A DNA stretch of 64,000 nucleotides, from NCBI GenBank assembly GCA_944393415.1, contig CALYAD010000028.1:9247-73246 (forward strand), read 5' to 3'. The notes under the pieces were generated by a model that was not told the DNA's origin, ran no database searches, and saw nothing but the letters and a program-made list of their open reading frames with translations. This document shows, in pieces, positions 36,917 through 45,017 of this stretch. The stretch comes from an uncultured Clostridia bacterium. GTDB taxonomy: Bacteria > Bacillota > Clostridia > Oscillospirales > CAG-272. Position 1 is the first letter of the stretch, and each line of letters opens with the position of its first letter. A program made the position numbers and the translations under genes.

Positions 36917-36978
36917 ATACCTTGCAAGATTGGCAGACGTTCTTGCTTGATCAGTTACAGAAAGGAATAAATTTTACA

Positions 36979-37713
36979 ATGTCAGGACACAGTAAATGGC
37001 ACAATATTCAGGCTAAAAAATCAAAAACCGACGCCGCGCGCGCCAAGGTATTCACTAAAATCGGCAAAGAGATCGCAATAGCTATCCGCGAGGGCGGCGC
37101 GAATCCGGTCTCCAACAGCAAGCTGCGTGATTTGATATCCAAAGCCAAAGCCAACAACGTTCCAAACGACAACATAGACCGCATCATAAAAAAAGCCACA
37201 GAGGAAAAAAAGGACTATAAGGAAATCACTTACGAGGGCTACGGTCCCGGAGGGGTCGCGGTAATTGTCGAGACCGCCACCGATAACACAAACAGGACTA
37301 TCGGAAACATCCGTGCCTATTTCTCAAAATTCCACGGAAATATCGGAACCACCGGCTGTGTAAGCTTTATGTTTGAGGAAAAGGGCCTTATCACGATCGA
37401 TAAGGAGGAATGTCCCCTTGATGAGGAAAAGCTGATGGAGCTTGCGCTCGAATCAGGCGCTGAGGATTTCTCGGCTGAGGACGGGGATTACTATGAAATC
37501 ATCACCGCGCCGTCCGATCTTACTACAGTTCAGGAGAGCATCACCTCCGCCAATATTAAGCTTGAGAGCGCCGATCTTTCCAAAATTCCCTCAAACTATG
37601 TCGATCTGGATAACGAGGATGATATCAAGTATATGACACTTTTGCTCGATAAGCTTGAGGAGGACGACGACGTCCAGCAGGTCTATCATAACTGGAACGG
37701 CCCCGCCGAGTAA
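36979..37713 (+). CDS. yebC: YebC/PmpR-family transcriptional regulator
   Basis: MSGHSKWHNIQAKKSKTDAARAKVFTKIGKEI is the hallmark N-terminus. The ATG at 36979 follows AAAGGA. Confidence 0.92.
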   Translation: MSGHSKWHNIQAKKSKTDAARAKVFTKIGKEIAIAIREGGANPVSNSKLRDLISKAKANNVPNDNIDRIIKKATEEKKDYKEITYEGYGPGGVAVIVETATDNTNRTIGNIRAYFSKFHGNIGTTGCVSFMFEEKGLITIDKEECPLDEEKLMELALESGAEDFSAEDGDYYEIITAPSDLTTVQESITSANIKLESADLSKIPSNYVDLDNEDDIKYMTLLLDKLEEDDDVQQVYHNWNGPAE

Positions 37714-37742
37714 TGTTATTTTACGCTCATCAATATTTCAAA

Positions 37743-37779
37743 GACCCGGGATTACGTAACCCCCGGGTCATGTTTTTTA
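37743..37779 (+). terminator. intrinsic terminator after yebC
   Basis: GACCCGGG (37743-37750) pairs with CCCGGGTC (37762-37769), followed by TGTTTTTT. Confidence 0.8.
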
Positions 37780-37841
37780 TTTTTGAAGTTAGTTTTCAGA
37801 CTGCGTTTCATACCTTAAAATTATAAACGGTAAAAATATCA

Positions 37842-37870
37842 TTGACAACCGGGCGCCTTTGTAGTATAAT
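37842..37870 (+). promoter_or_regulatory. sigma-A promoter of the PurL-like gene leader
   Basis: TTGACA (37842-37847), a 17-nt spacer, TATAAT (37865-37870). Confidence 0.8.
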
Positions 37871-38086
37871 AATAATATGAAGCCTTTTAATCAGGGGAGG
37901 CAGTCCATCACGTCACAAGCCAGCGGAAGTACGTGTCATATGCTGACCCACCTCATGCCTCCGCAGTCGGCTCATGCGATGTAATATATTTTTCACGCTA
38001 CCCTCCGCCGTATAAGCGCGGCTATATTATGCCGGTTTTAACACAGTAAATTATACTGATTATTTTAAATATTGGAGTCAGGCTTA

Positions 38087-41000
38087 ATGCTAAACCGAAT
38101 CTATTTACAGACAAAAAAAGAATACGAGAGCGATACAAAATCAATACGTTCGGAAATTTCGACGAGATCAGGTGTGGACATACCCGATTTTTCCATAAGA
38201 GAAATAATAGAGCTTAAGGGCGAAACAGACGAAAGCACACTGACCCTTTTAAAAAATGCCCTTGTTTCTCCTAACTGCGAGATCGCTTCCTCAAAGCACG
38301 CGCCGGAGTATACCACTTTTATCGCAATGCTGCGTCCGGGAAGCTCGGACGAACGCACCCGGGAAATACTCGATGTACTACGTTTAAACGGGATAAAGGA
38401 TATAGCTGTGCGAATAGGTAAGGAATACTGCTTTGAAAGAAAGCTGACACAGCGTGAATACAAAACCGTTTCAGAGTATCTCCGCGATCCCTTCACTGAA
38501 ATACTACCTGAGGAAGGCGACAGCCATGGAACAATACCGGCGGAAAACACAACCGCCGAAGGCTTTAACACCGCTCAGTATACCGAGCTTGCCGCGTTCA
38601 AGGATAAATACTCGCTTGAGCTGGATATCGAGGATATGATGTCCATCCAAAACTACTTTCTATCGGAAAGCCGCGAGCCTACAATAGCGGAAATAAAAAT
38701 AATAGATCGTTTCTTTTCTGAAACCTTCCGTCACACGACCTATGAGACTATACTTGACAGCGTTGTATTCCGCGATCCGAACGCAAAGACCGCATGGGAT
38801 AATTACCGGGCGCTCAGTAAGAAAAAAAATCCGTCGCTTTCCGACATGACCCGCGTAGCAGCTGACTGTGTTAAGCATGAAACGGACGCAAATGTTAACG
38901 ACAATATCCGAGGCATAAGGCTAAAAAACGACGGAGTGGATGAGCTTTTACTGATGCTCCGGCCCGGAAGCATCTCCGCCTTGCCGACGTCCGATAATTT
39001 GGCCTCCGAAGCCAACGGACTTGCTTCCGATCTTCTTAGTATTTTCTGCCGTCTTGGCGACGCTTTTGATCTATACCGTGTTAACGAAGCCGCCGGAACA
39101 GCTACTTCTTCGTTCAGAGATGAGAAAGCGCTTACCGGATTTTCTGATCTTGCGGCAAAAACCGGTATCCCGTGCATTCGCTGCAGCCTGATTACCGGAC
39201 CGACCAGCGCAGAAAGCAAGCCTGAAGCTTACGCCGCTCTCGCCACCGCGGAACTTGAAAAGCTTGCGTACATCTGTAACTCCCGCACATCTCCCGGCGA
39301 CATAATATTTCTTATAGGAGCAAGGACCGGTAAAGACGGACCTTATTGCACAGCTCCGCGTGACGACCGTGATGAAAGCACCTGTGAAGGCGTTAACGGA
39401 GAATATGTTCCGGTTCCGCAACCGGGTATACTCAATTCTCTTCACCGTCTGTTTACGCGCGCGGACATCACATCGGTGATCAAGGTAATTAGTAAGGTCG
39501 GCAGCGGAGGCATAGCGTGCGCGATCGGCAAAATAACCGACGGTGTTACCGTGACAGCCGAAAAGATACCTCTTAAATACGACGGTCTGTCGGTATCTGA
39601 AATAATGCTTAGCGAAACATGCGATCGCGCGATAGTCGCGGTCAGTCCCCGGAATGCAGATAACTTCCGTAAAATATGCGAAGAGGAAACCATTGAGTGT
39701 TCCCAAATCGCCACGGTCAACGACAGCGAACGCCTTATTGTTACATTAAACGGAATAAGGATGGTCTCACTTACACGTGATTTTCTTATAAACGGAGGCA
39801 CCGAGAAGCATCTGAGCGCTATAGTTGAAAAACCGATGAATTTACCCATATCCGAACCTCTTAAAATAGCGAAGGCTCCGCTAGAAAGCATAAGCGCGTT
39901 GAAAAAGCTGTTTGGAAAGGATATAAAGTATGATTTTTCCGGCGCCGTAAACTCCGTTATAGGCCTGCTTCCGCATGTGACAAACAAAATAAATCTGCGC
40001 TTTGACGAAACAACGGGAAACAGTATCGTTTTTCCGCCGTTTTCTGAAAAAAAACCGGCAGCGTCTGTGCGTTATATTACCAGAATGGGACAGAGCGTAA
40101 AATACAATGGGAAACCGCTTTGCTCAGTGATCGGGTATGGTTCATGTCCGGATGTAAGTGCTTCAGACCCATTCAAGGGAGCTTATCTCTCCGTTACTGA
40201 AGCCGTATTAAAGCTGGCGGCTTCCGGTTACGGAGATGAGCACATTGCCATGTCGCTTCAGGAATATACGCCAAAATGCTCTAACAACTCAAAACAGCTC
40301 GGGATAGCCATTGCGTCAATGCTTGGCGCGCTTGAAGCCCAGGTATCGCTCGGAATATCCTCTCTCGGGGAGAGGCTTTCGATTGGAAACGCGGAAAATG
40401 AAGCAGGTCCCACCGTCTCCGCCTTTACCGTGTGCGTCGGCAGCGCTGACTCGGCCATCACAAAGGATTTCAAAAAACCCGGACATCGAGTTATACTATT
40501 AAGACCCGAATATGACCGAACCGGGATACTTCCGACACCTGAAAGCCAGAAAAGCATTATCTCTTCCTTCACCGCTCTTTCAAAAAAAGGGCTTGTGAAG
40601 GCATCAAATACAGTCACGGGAATATGCCCGGTCCTGGCCCTGCTTGAGATGTGCAGAGTCTCCGGTATAGGCTTTGAATTTGACGACGATCGAACCCCGG
40701 ATCAGCTTTTCGATTACTGCTATGGAGCTATCATAGCTGAAATAGACGGTAACGCCGATATCCCACGGGATTCACTCTGTCTCGGAAAAACGATCGATAG
40801 CTTTGAACTGATATATCACAGAGAAAGCGTTTCGCTTAACGGACTTTTTACCGAAACCGGGATCAGATCTTCAAACAGTGAACCGGATATGACAGTCACT
40901 GAAAAGCGTGATCTGCTTTATCTCCGAAAAACAGCAGACAGCTACGGCGACGTAATGCCTGTTTCCGGTAACCGTGTAAACGCGGTGATCCCCGTAAGCT

Positions 41001-41716
41001 ATTACAGCGTATCGGCATTTAATATAAAAGCACTGTTTGAAGCGGCGGGCGCAAATACTGAGATCATACCATACGCTCCGGATTCCGTGGAACGCCTGAC
41101 CGACGCTATCTGCCGTGCCGATATACTTTATCTACCGGATTGTTTGGGAAATACAGCGTTTACGAACGCGGTATTCTCGCTTCCTGATATAAGAAAAAGG
41201 CTTGATGAACTGCGCGCGCGCGGAGGTCTTATATACGGTTCGGGCAACGGCGCGGAAGCTCTTTTACACTGCGGAATGCTGGATGTGGATCAGGAGCGCC
41301 TGGGAGTCTGTAAAAACCCAATACCAGCAAGCGTCAATACTATGACCAAAATACGAGCCGTATCTGCTATGAGCCCCTTTATGAGACTTTCCTCTCCGGG
41401 TGAAATTTATGACAGCGTGATCACGGGCAAGCGGCTTAGGCTGACCGGAGACCCGGAATATATTTTCTCGCTCGCATACAAGGGAAGGATAGCCGCTCAG
41501 TACGCTGATGAAAATGTCCTTGAAAGCGTTATGGCCATAGACGCTCTATCCTCTTCCGACGGATTGGTATTTGCTCAGTTCAGCCACCCCGAACGTCTTA
41601 TGTCCACCGAAAAAAATTATGATAAGCTTCCCATACTCACCTCCGCCGTACGTTATTTCAGGGTTTATAAGGACCGCGATAAAATTGTAAAGGACGATCA
41701 TGCAGAACAAGCCTAA
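38087..41716 (+). CDS. phosphoribosylformylglycinamidine synthase (large PurL) homologue with degenerate catalytic motifs
   Basis: Length (about 1209 aa) and collinear blocks fit clostridial single-chain PurL: N-terminal RIYLQTKK, PTIAEIKIIDRFFSETFRHTTY, KVGSGGIACAIG, and C-terminal FAQFSHPERL. The HNHP loop is replaced by MLRPGSISALPT (38954-38989) and the glutaminase G.CNG by GSGNGAEAL (Gly codon 41243-41245). The ATG at 38087 lies 9 nt after GGAG. Confidence 0.7.
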   Translation: MLNRIYLQTKKEYESDTKSIRSEISTRSGVDIPDFSIREIIELKGETDESTLTLLKNALVSPNCEIASSKHAPEYTTFIAMLRPGSSDERTREILDVLRLNGIKDIAVRIGKEYCFERKLTQREYKTVSEYLRDPFTEILPEEGDSHGTIPAENTTAEGFNTAQYTELAAFKDKYSLELDIEDMMSIQNYFLSESREPTIAEIKIIDRFFSETFRHTTYETILDSVVFRDPNAKTAWDNYRALSKKKNPSLSDMTRVAADCVKHETDANVNDNIRGIRLKNDGVDELLLMLRPGSISALPTSDNLASEANGLASDLLSIFCRLGDAFDLYRVNEAAGTATSSFRDEKALTGFSDLAAKTGIPCIRCSLITGPTSAESKPEAYAALATAELEKLAYICNSRTSPGDIIFLIGARTGKDGPYCTAPRDDRDESTCEGVNGEYVPVPQPGILNSLHRLFTRADITSVIKVISKVGSGGIACAIGKITDGVTVTAEKIPLKYDGLSVSEIMLSETCDRAIVAVSPRNADNFRKICEEETIECSQIATVNDSERLIVTLNGIRMVSLTRDFLINGGTEKHLSAIVEKPMNLPISEPLKIAKAPLESISALKKLFGKDIKYDFSGAVNSVIGLLPHVTNKINLRFDETTGNSIVFPPFSEKKPAASVRYITRMGQSVKYNGKPLCSVIGYGSCPDVSASDPFKGAYLSVTEAVLKLAASGYGDEHIAMSLQEYTPKCSNNSKQLGIAIASMLGALEAQVSLGISSLGERLSIGNAENEAGPTVSAFTVCVGSADSAITKDFKKPGHRVILLRPEYDRTGILPTPESQKSIISSFTALSKKGLVKASNTVTGICPVLALLEMCRVSGIGFEFDDDRTPDQLFDYCYGAIIAEIDGNADIPRDSLCLGKTIDSFELIYHRESVSLNGLFTETGIRSSNSEPDMTVTEKRDLLYLRKTADSYGDVMPVSGNRVNAVIPVSYYSVSAFNIKALFEAAGANTEIIPYAPDSVERLTDAICRADILYLPDCLGNTAFTNAVFSLPDIRKRLDELRARGGLIYGSGNGAEALLHCGMLDVDQERLGVCKNPIPASVNTMTKIRAVSAMSPFMRLSSPGEIYDSVITGKRLRLTGDPEYIFSLAYKGRIAAQYADENVLESVMAIDALSSSDGLVFAQFSHPERLMSTEKNYDKLPILTSAVRYFRVYKDRDKIVKDDHAEQA

Positions 41717-42335
41717 AAATAAAAAAGCCGTCTCTGGGAACAGATCCGGCATTAAAGCTCTATTCTATAGTAAAAAAGCGGGTATTGCCACGATAGCTGT
41801 GCTTTCCGCTGTAATAGTAGCGCTCATAGTTCTTTTAATACTTGACGGAACCGGGATACTCTACGGCTTTGACAAAGGCAACAATGTAAGTATTCCCTCT
41901 CCCTCATGCTCGGATACTACCGTATACAGCGAGGAGGGAGGAATATACGAATACATGATTCTTGACGACGGAAGCATTATGATAAGCGGTTGTACCGCCG
42001 ACAGGAGCATAACGGCGTTAACTATCCCATCTGAAATAAACGGACTGAAGGTCACGGCTTTGGGGAACAGCAGCTTTTTTATGATGACTTGGATCTCCTC
42101 CGTTACCGTCCCGGAAGGCGTGACCTATATAGGAAGCGAAGCGTTTGCCTACTGCGGGGTATCCACAGTAAGCCTTCCCTCTTCGCTTATGTATATACAA
42201 AATAACGCGTTTTTAAGCTGTTTATATCTCAGTACAGTGTATTATTCCGGCAGTACAGAGAATTGGGATAATATTCTGATCGGTATCGGGAACACAAATC
42301 TGCAAAGAAATATTATAACCGCTGAGCTGGAATAA
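41700..42335 (+). CDS. membrane-anchored leucine-rich repeat (BspA/LRR_5-type) protein
   Basis: Basic N-terminus, TM IATIAVLSAVIVALIVLLIL, then LTIPSEINGLKVTALGNSSF / VTVPEGVTYIGSEAFAYC / VSLPSSLMYIQNNAFLSC repeats. The start overlaps the PurL-like stop by 17 nt. Confidence 0.7.
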   Translation: MQNKPKNKKAVSGNRSGIKALFYSKKAGIATIAVLSAVIVALIVLLILDGTGILYGFDKGNNVSIPSPSCSDTTVYSEEGGIYEYMILDDGSIMISGCTADRSITALTIPSEINGLKVTALGNSSFFMMTWISSVTVPEGVTYIGSEAFAYCGVSTVSLPSSLMYIQNNAFLSCLYLSTVYYSGSTENWDNILIGIGNTNLQRNIITAELE

Positions 42336-42487
42336 ACCGGCTCAGCGCTCGGTCATAATATACGCAGGCAGGCTTATAGCAAATATAATAATATACACAA
42401 AAAAGGCGGGAGCGTCCGGTCACATATCTCTTTACTGAGATACGCGAAGGAGCTTTTCCGCCTTTGTTGTTTTCCGCGGCATAAACT

Positions 42488-42676
42488 TTATACCGCTCTT
42501 TGTACTTTTCCTGAACGCAGACAACGTGTACATACATAAACGGACTTATGTGTACCGTTAACAACCGCCTTGACCTTTCTGATATTAGGACGCCACGTTC
42601 TGCTGGTTTTTCTGTTTGAGTGCGAAACATTGTTTCCGAAAACAAGAGACTTCCCACAGAAATCACATTTTGCCAT
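42488..42676 (-). CDS. rpmB: 50S ribosomal protein L28
   Basis: MAKCDFCGKSLVFGNNVSHSNRKTSRTWRPNIRKVKAVVNGTHKSVYVCTRCLRSGKVQRAV. The ATG at 42676 follows AGAGGAGGG. Confidence 0.93.
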   Translation of the reverse strand: MAKCDFCGKSLVFGNNVSHSNRKTSRTWRPNIRKVKAVVNGTHKSVYVCTRCLRSGKVQRAV

Positions 42677-42758
42677 CTCTTTATCCCTCCTCTGAGCTAC
42701 ATTATGCGAAGTCAAAACAAAGTAACGCAATGACCCGCATCAGATATGCACAAATAAT

Positions 42759-42787
42759 ATTATATCATACTTTTTATAAAAATGCAA
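42759..42787 (-). promoter_or_regulatory. sigma-A promoter of rpmB
   Basis: Minus strand TTGCAT (42787-42782), a 17-nt spacer, TATAAT (42764-42759). Confidence 0.7.
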
Positions 42788-42806
42788 TAGAAATCTGAAA
42801 ATTTCC

Positions 42807-43634
42807 TCATTTTTTTCGTTTGTTGTTTTTGAGTTTGTCCGTATTATTTTCTTTATTTACCGTCGAGTCCTCCTCGGCAGACATATCTGCCTCCTGCTCG
42901 TCAATACCGGAGCCTTTATCATTTGCCGGCTTTTTTTTCGTCTTTTTAAACTCAAATTTACTTTCTTCCTTGTTCATTATACGCTTGAGGTTATCGCGAT
43001 GCATATATACCACCGTGAGTCCCAGAATAAGCGTAATAATAAGCTTCAGTCCTCTGTCAAAAATAAAATCATTGTGCTGATGAAGTATAATCGGCATAAC
43101 GAGCTCACAGATAACGGAGGCAAGGGATATGTATCTTGTCGCCCAGACTATCAGGACAAACAAAAGCATGCAAATAAGAAATACTACCCAATCAAGATAC
43201 AGTACCACCATAGCGGTAGACGCGACACCCTTACCGCCCTTGAAACGATAGTATATCGGAGCTATATGACCAAGAACGCAGAAAAGTCCGGCTATATACG
43301 CGCCGTTTAAGCCAAGCAGGGATGTACCCACCGCCATCCCGAGCATGGTTTTAATCATATCGCCCACAAGCGTCAAAAGAGCCGGACCTCTTCCGTATGA
43401 ACGCATTACATTTGTAGTTCCGGCGTTCCCGCTCCCTTTATTTCGTATATCCTCTTTATAGAAAAGCTTTGACACGATCAGCGCGGAATTTACCGAACCG
43501 AGAAGATAAGCCGAAATAATAACGGCAAGCAGCATAAGAAGCAGGAGCGGTATTCCTATCGTCTCACCGTTTTTCAGTATAAATCCTTCATACCATACGT
43601 TATCGCCGAACAGGTTGAAAACATATCTGAACAT
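42807..43634 (-). CDS. plsY: glycerol-3-phosphate acyltransferase PlsY with Lys/Glu-rich C-terminal tail
   Basis: Signature NKGSGNAGTTNVMR and FKGGKGVAS with a multi-TM core. The last 65 aa or so are a low-complexity charged tail. Confidence 0.85.
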   Translation of the reverse strand: MFRYVFNLFGDNVWYEGFILKNGETIGIPLLLLMLLAVIISAYLLGSVNSALIVSKLFYKEDIRNKGSGNAGTTNVMRSYGRGPALLTLVGDMIKTMLGMAVGTSLLGLNGAYIAGLFCVLGHIAPIYYRFKGGKGVASTAMVVLYLDWVVFLICMLLFVLIVWATRYISLASVICELVMPIILHQHNDFIFDRGLKLIITLILGLTVVYMHRDNLKRIMNKEESKFEFKKTKKKPANDKGSGIDEQEADMSAEEDSTVNKENNTDKLKNNKRKK

Positions 43635-43659
43635 AAAAGTCTGTTATCTGCCCGTATAA

Positions 43660-44988
43660 TCAGTCGGGTGATTCTCCTTTTTCTCGTATTATTATCCTGA
43701 TCGGAGTGCCTTTAAAGCCGAAAACATCCCTTATACAATTCTCAATATATCGCTGGTAGGAAAAATGAAAAAGCCTCGAATCGTTACAGAATATAACAAA
43801 AGACGGCGGCTGCACCGCGTTTTGCGTCATATAGTAGATCTTCAGACGTCTGCCCTTATCGGACGGTGGTTGTACGCGTGTCACGGCATCCGTCAGCATA
43901 TCGTTCAGGACACCGGTCGTTATTCTTTTCCTTGATTCGTTATAGACCTTTATGATCTCCTCAAAAAGCTTTTCCACCCTTTGTCCCGTAACGGCTGAGA
44001 TAAACATAACGGAAGCGTAATCCATATACGCAAGCGCGCTCTTTATTTTTGCTGTGAACTCCGCCGCTGTTTTGCTGTCCTTTTCGATAAGATCCCATTT
44101 GTTTACGCATACGATAACCGCTTTCCCCGCCTCATGCGCAAGACCGGCTATATGCTCATCCTGCTCCGTTATTCCCTGAGAGCTGTCTATCATAACTATA
44201 CATACGTCCGAACGCTCTACAGCGAGCTTAGCCCGCATTACGCTGTATTTTTCTATCTTGTCTTCAATTTTACTCTGTCTGCGTATCCCCGCCGTATCGA
44301 TAAAGTTGAATACCCCGAAGCTGTTTTCCACTCTCGTATCCGTCGCGTCCCTCGTAGTGCCGGCGATATCAGACACGATAAGCCTGTTCTCGCCTATAAT
44401 TCTGTTTATCAGTGAGGATTTACCCGCGTTAGGCTTGCCTATCACCGCCACCGCCACCGGTTTTTCCTCATTCTCATTATCGCTCTCCGGCGGAAAATAG
44501 CTTACAACCCTGTCGAGAAGATCGCCGGAGCCGGTCCCGTGAAGCGAAGACAAAGGTATCGGATCCTCTTCAAAGCCAAGTCCGTAAAACTCGTAAAAAT
44601 CAAGCGGAGGCATACCTATTGAATCGATTTTATTTACACAGGGGATCACAGGCTTACCCGATTTTAGCAGCATTATGGCAATATCACGGTCGTCGGCGGT
44701 AAGCCCCGCGCGGATATCGCACATAAAAATTATCACGTCGGCAGTCGCTATCGCTATCTCCGCCTGTAAACGCATATGCTTAAGTATTACATCGTTCGTC
44801 TTAGGCTCTATACCGCCTGTATCTACAAGGAGCATATCCCTGCCGTTCCAGTTAGCCTCATAATATATTCTGTCACGGGTAACGCCCGGTACGTCTTCTA
44901 CTATTGATATCCTCTTACCTGTTATTTTATTGAAAAGAGTACTCTTTCCCACATTCGGGCGCCCCACTATAGCGACTATAGGCTTCAC
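43660..44988 (-). CDS. der: ribosome-biogenesis GTPase Der (EngA)
   Basis: Two tandem G domains (GRPNVGKSTLFN and GKPNAGKSSLIN) followed by a KH-like C-terminus. Confidence 0.93.
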   Translation of the reverse strand: MKPIVAIVGRPNVGKSTLFNKITGKRISIVEDVPGVTRDRIYYEANWNGRDMLLVDTGGIEPKTNDVILKHMRLQAEIAIATADVIIFMCDIRAGLTADDRDIAIMLLKSGKPVIPCVNKIDSIGMPPLDFYEFYGLGFEEDPIPLSSLHGTGSGDLLDRVVSYFPPESDNENEEKPVAVAVIGKPNAGKSSLINRIIGENRLIVSDIAGTTRDATDTRVENSFGVFNFIDTAGIRRQSKIEDKIEKYSVMRAKLAVERSDVCIVMIDSSQGITEQDEHIAGLAHEAGKAVIVCVNKWDLIEKDSKTAAEFTAKIKSALAYMDYASVMFISAVTGQRVEKLFEEIIKVYNESRKRITTGVLNDMLTDAVTRVQPPSDKGRRLKIYYMTQNAVQPPSFVIFCNDSRLFHFSYQRYIENCIRDVFGFKGTPIRIIIREKGESPD

Positions 44989-45017
44989 CTGCAGCTCCTC
45001 CCTTCTTTAAAGCTTCG

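Noticed and set aside
37871-38086. Purine or ZTP riboswitch upstream of the PurL-like gene
   Set aside because: I could not find the purine three-way-junction core or the ZTP CCGnCTGGGC / GGGTCGTG modules. The leader is reported only as an unclassified structured leader.
39071-39987. Two long minus-strand ORFs (211 and 181 aa)
   Set aside because: They are antisense within the PurL-like gene, which is collinear with PurL over its full length. The antisense frames are Arg/Ser-rich shadows.
42313-42666. 117-aa minus-strand ORF overlapping rpmB
   Set aside because: It is an alternative frame over the L28 gene and its terminator region. L28 in the other frame is unambiguous.
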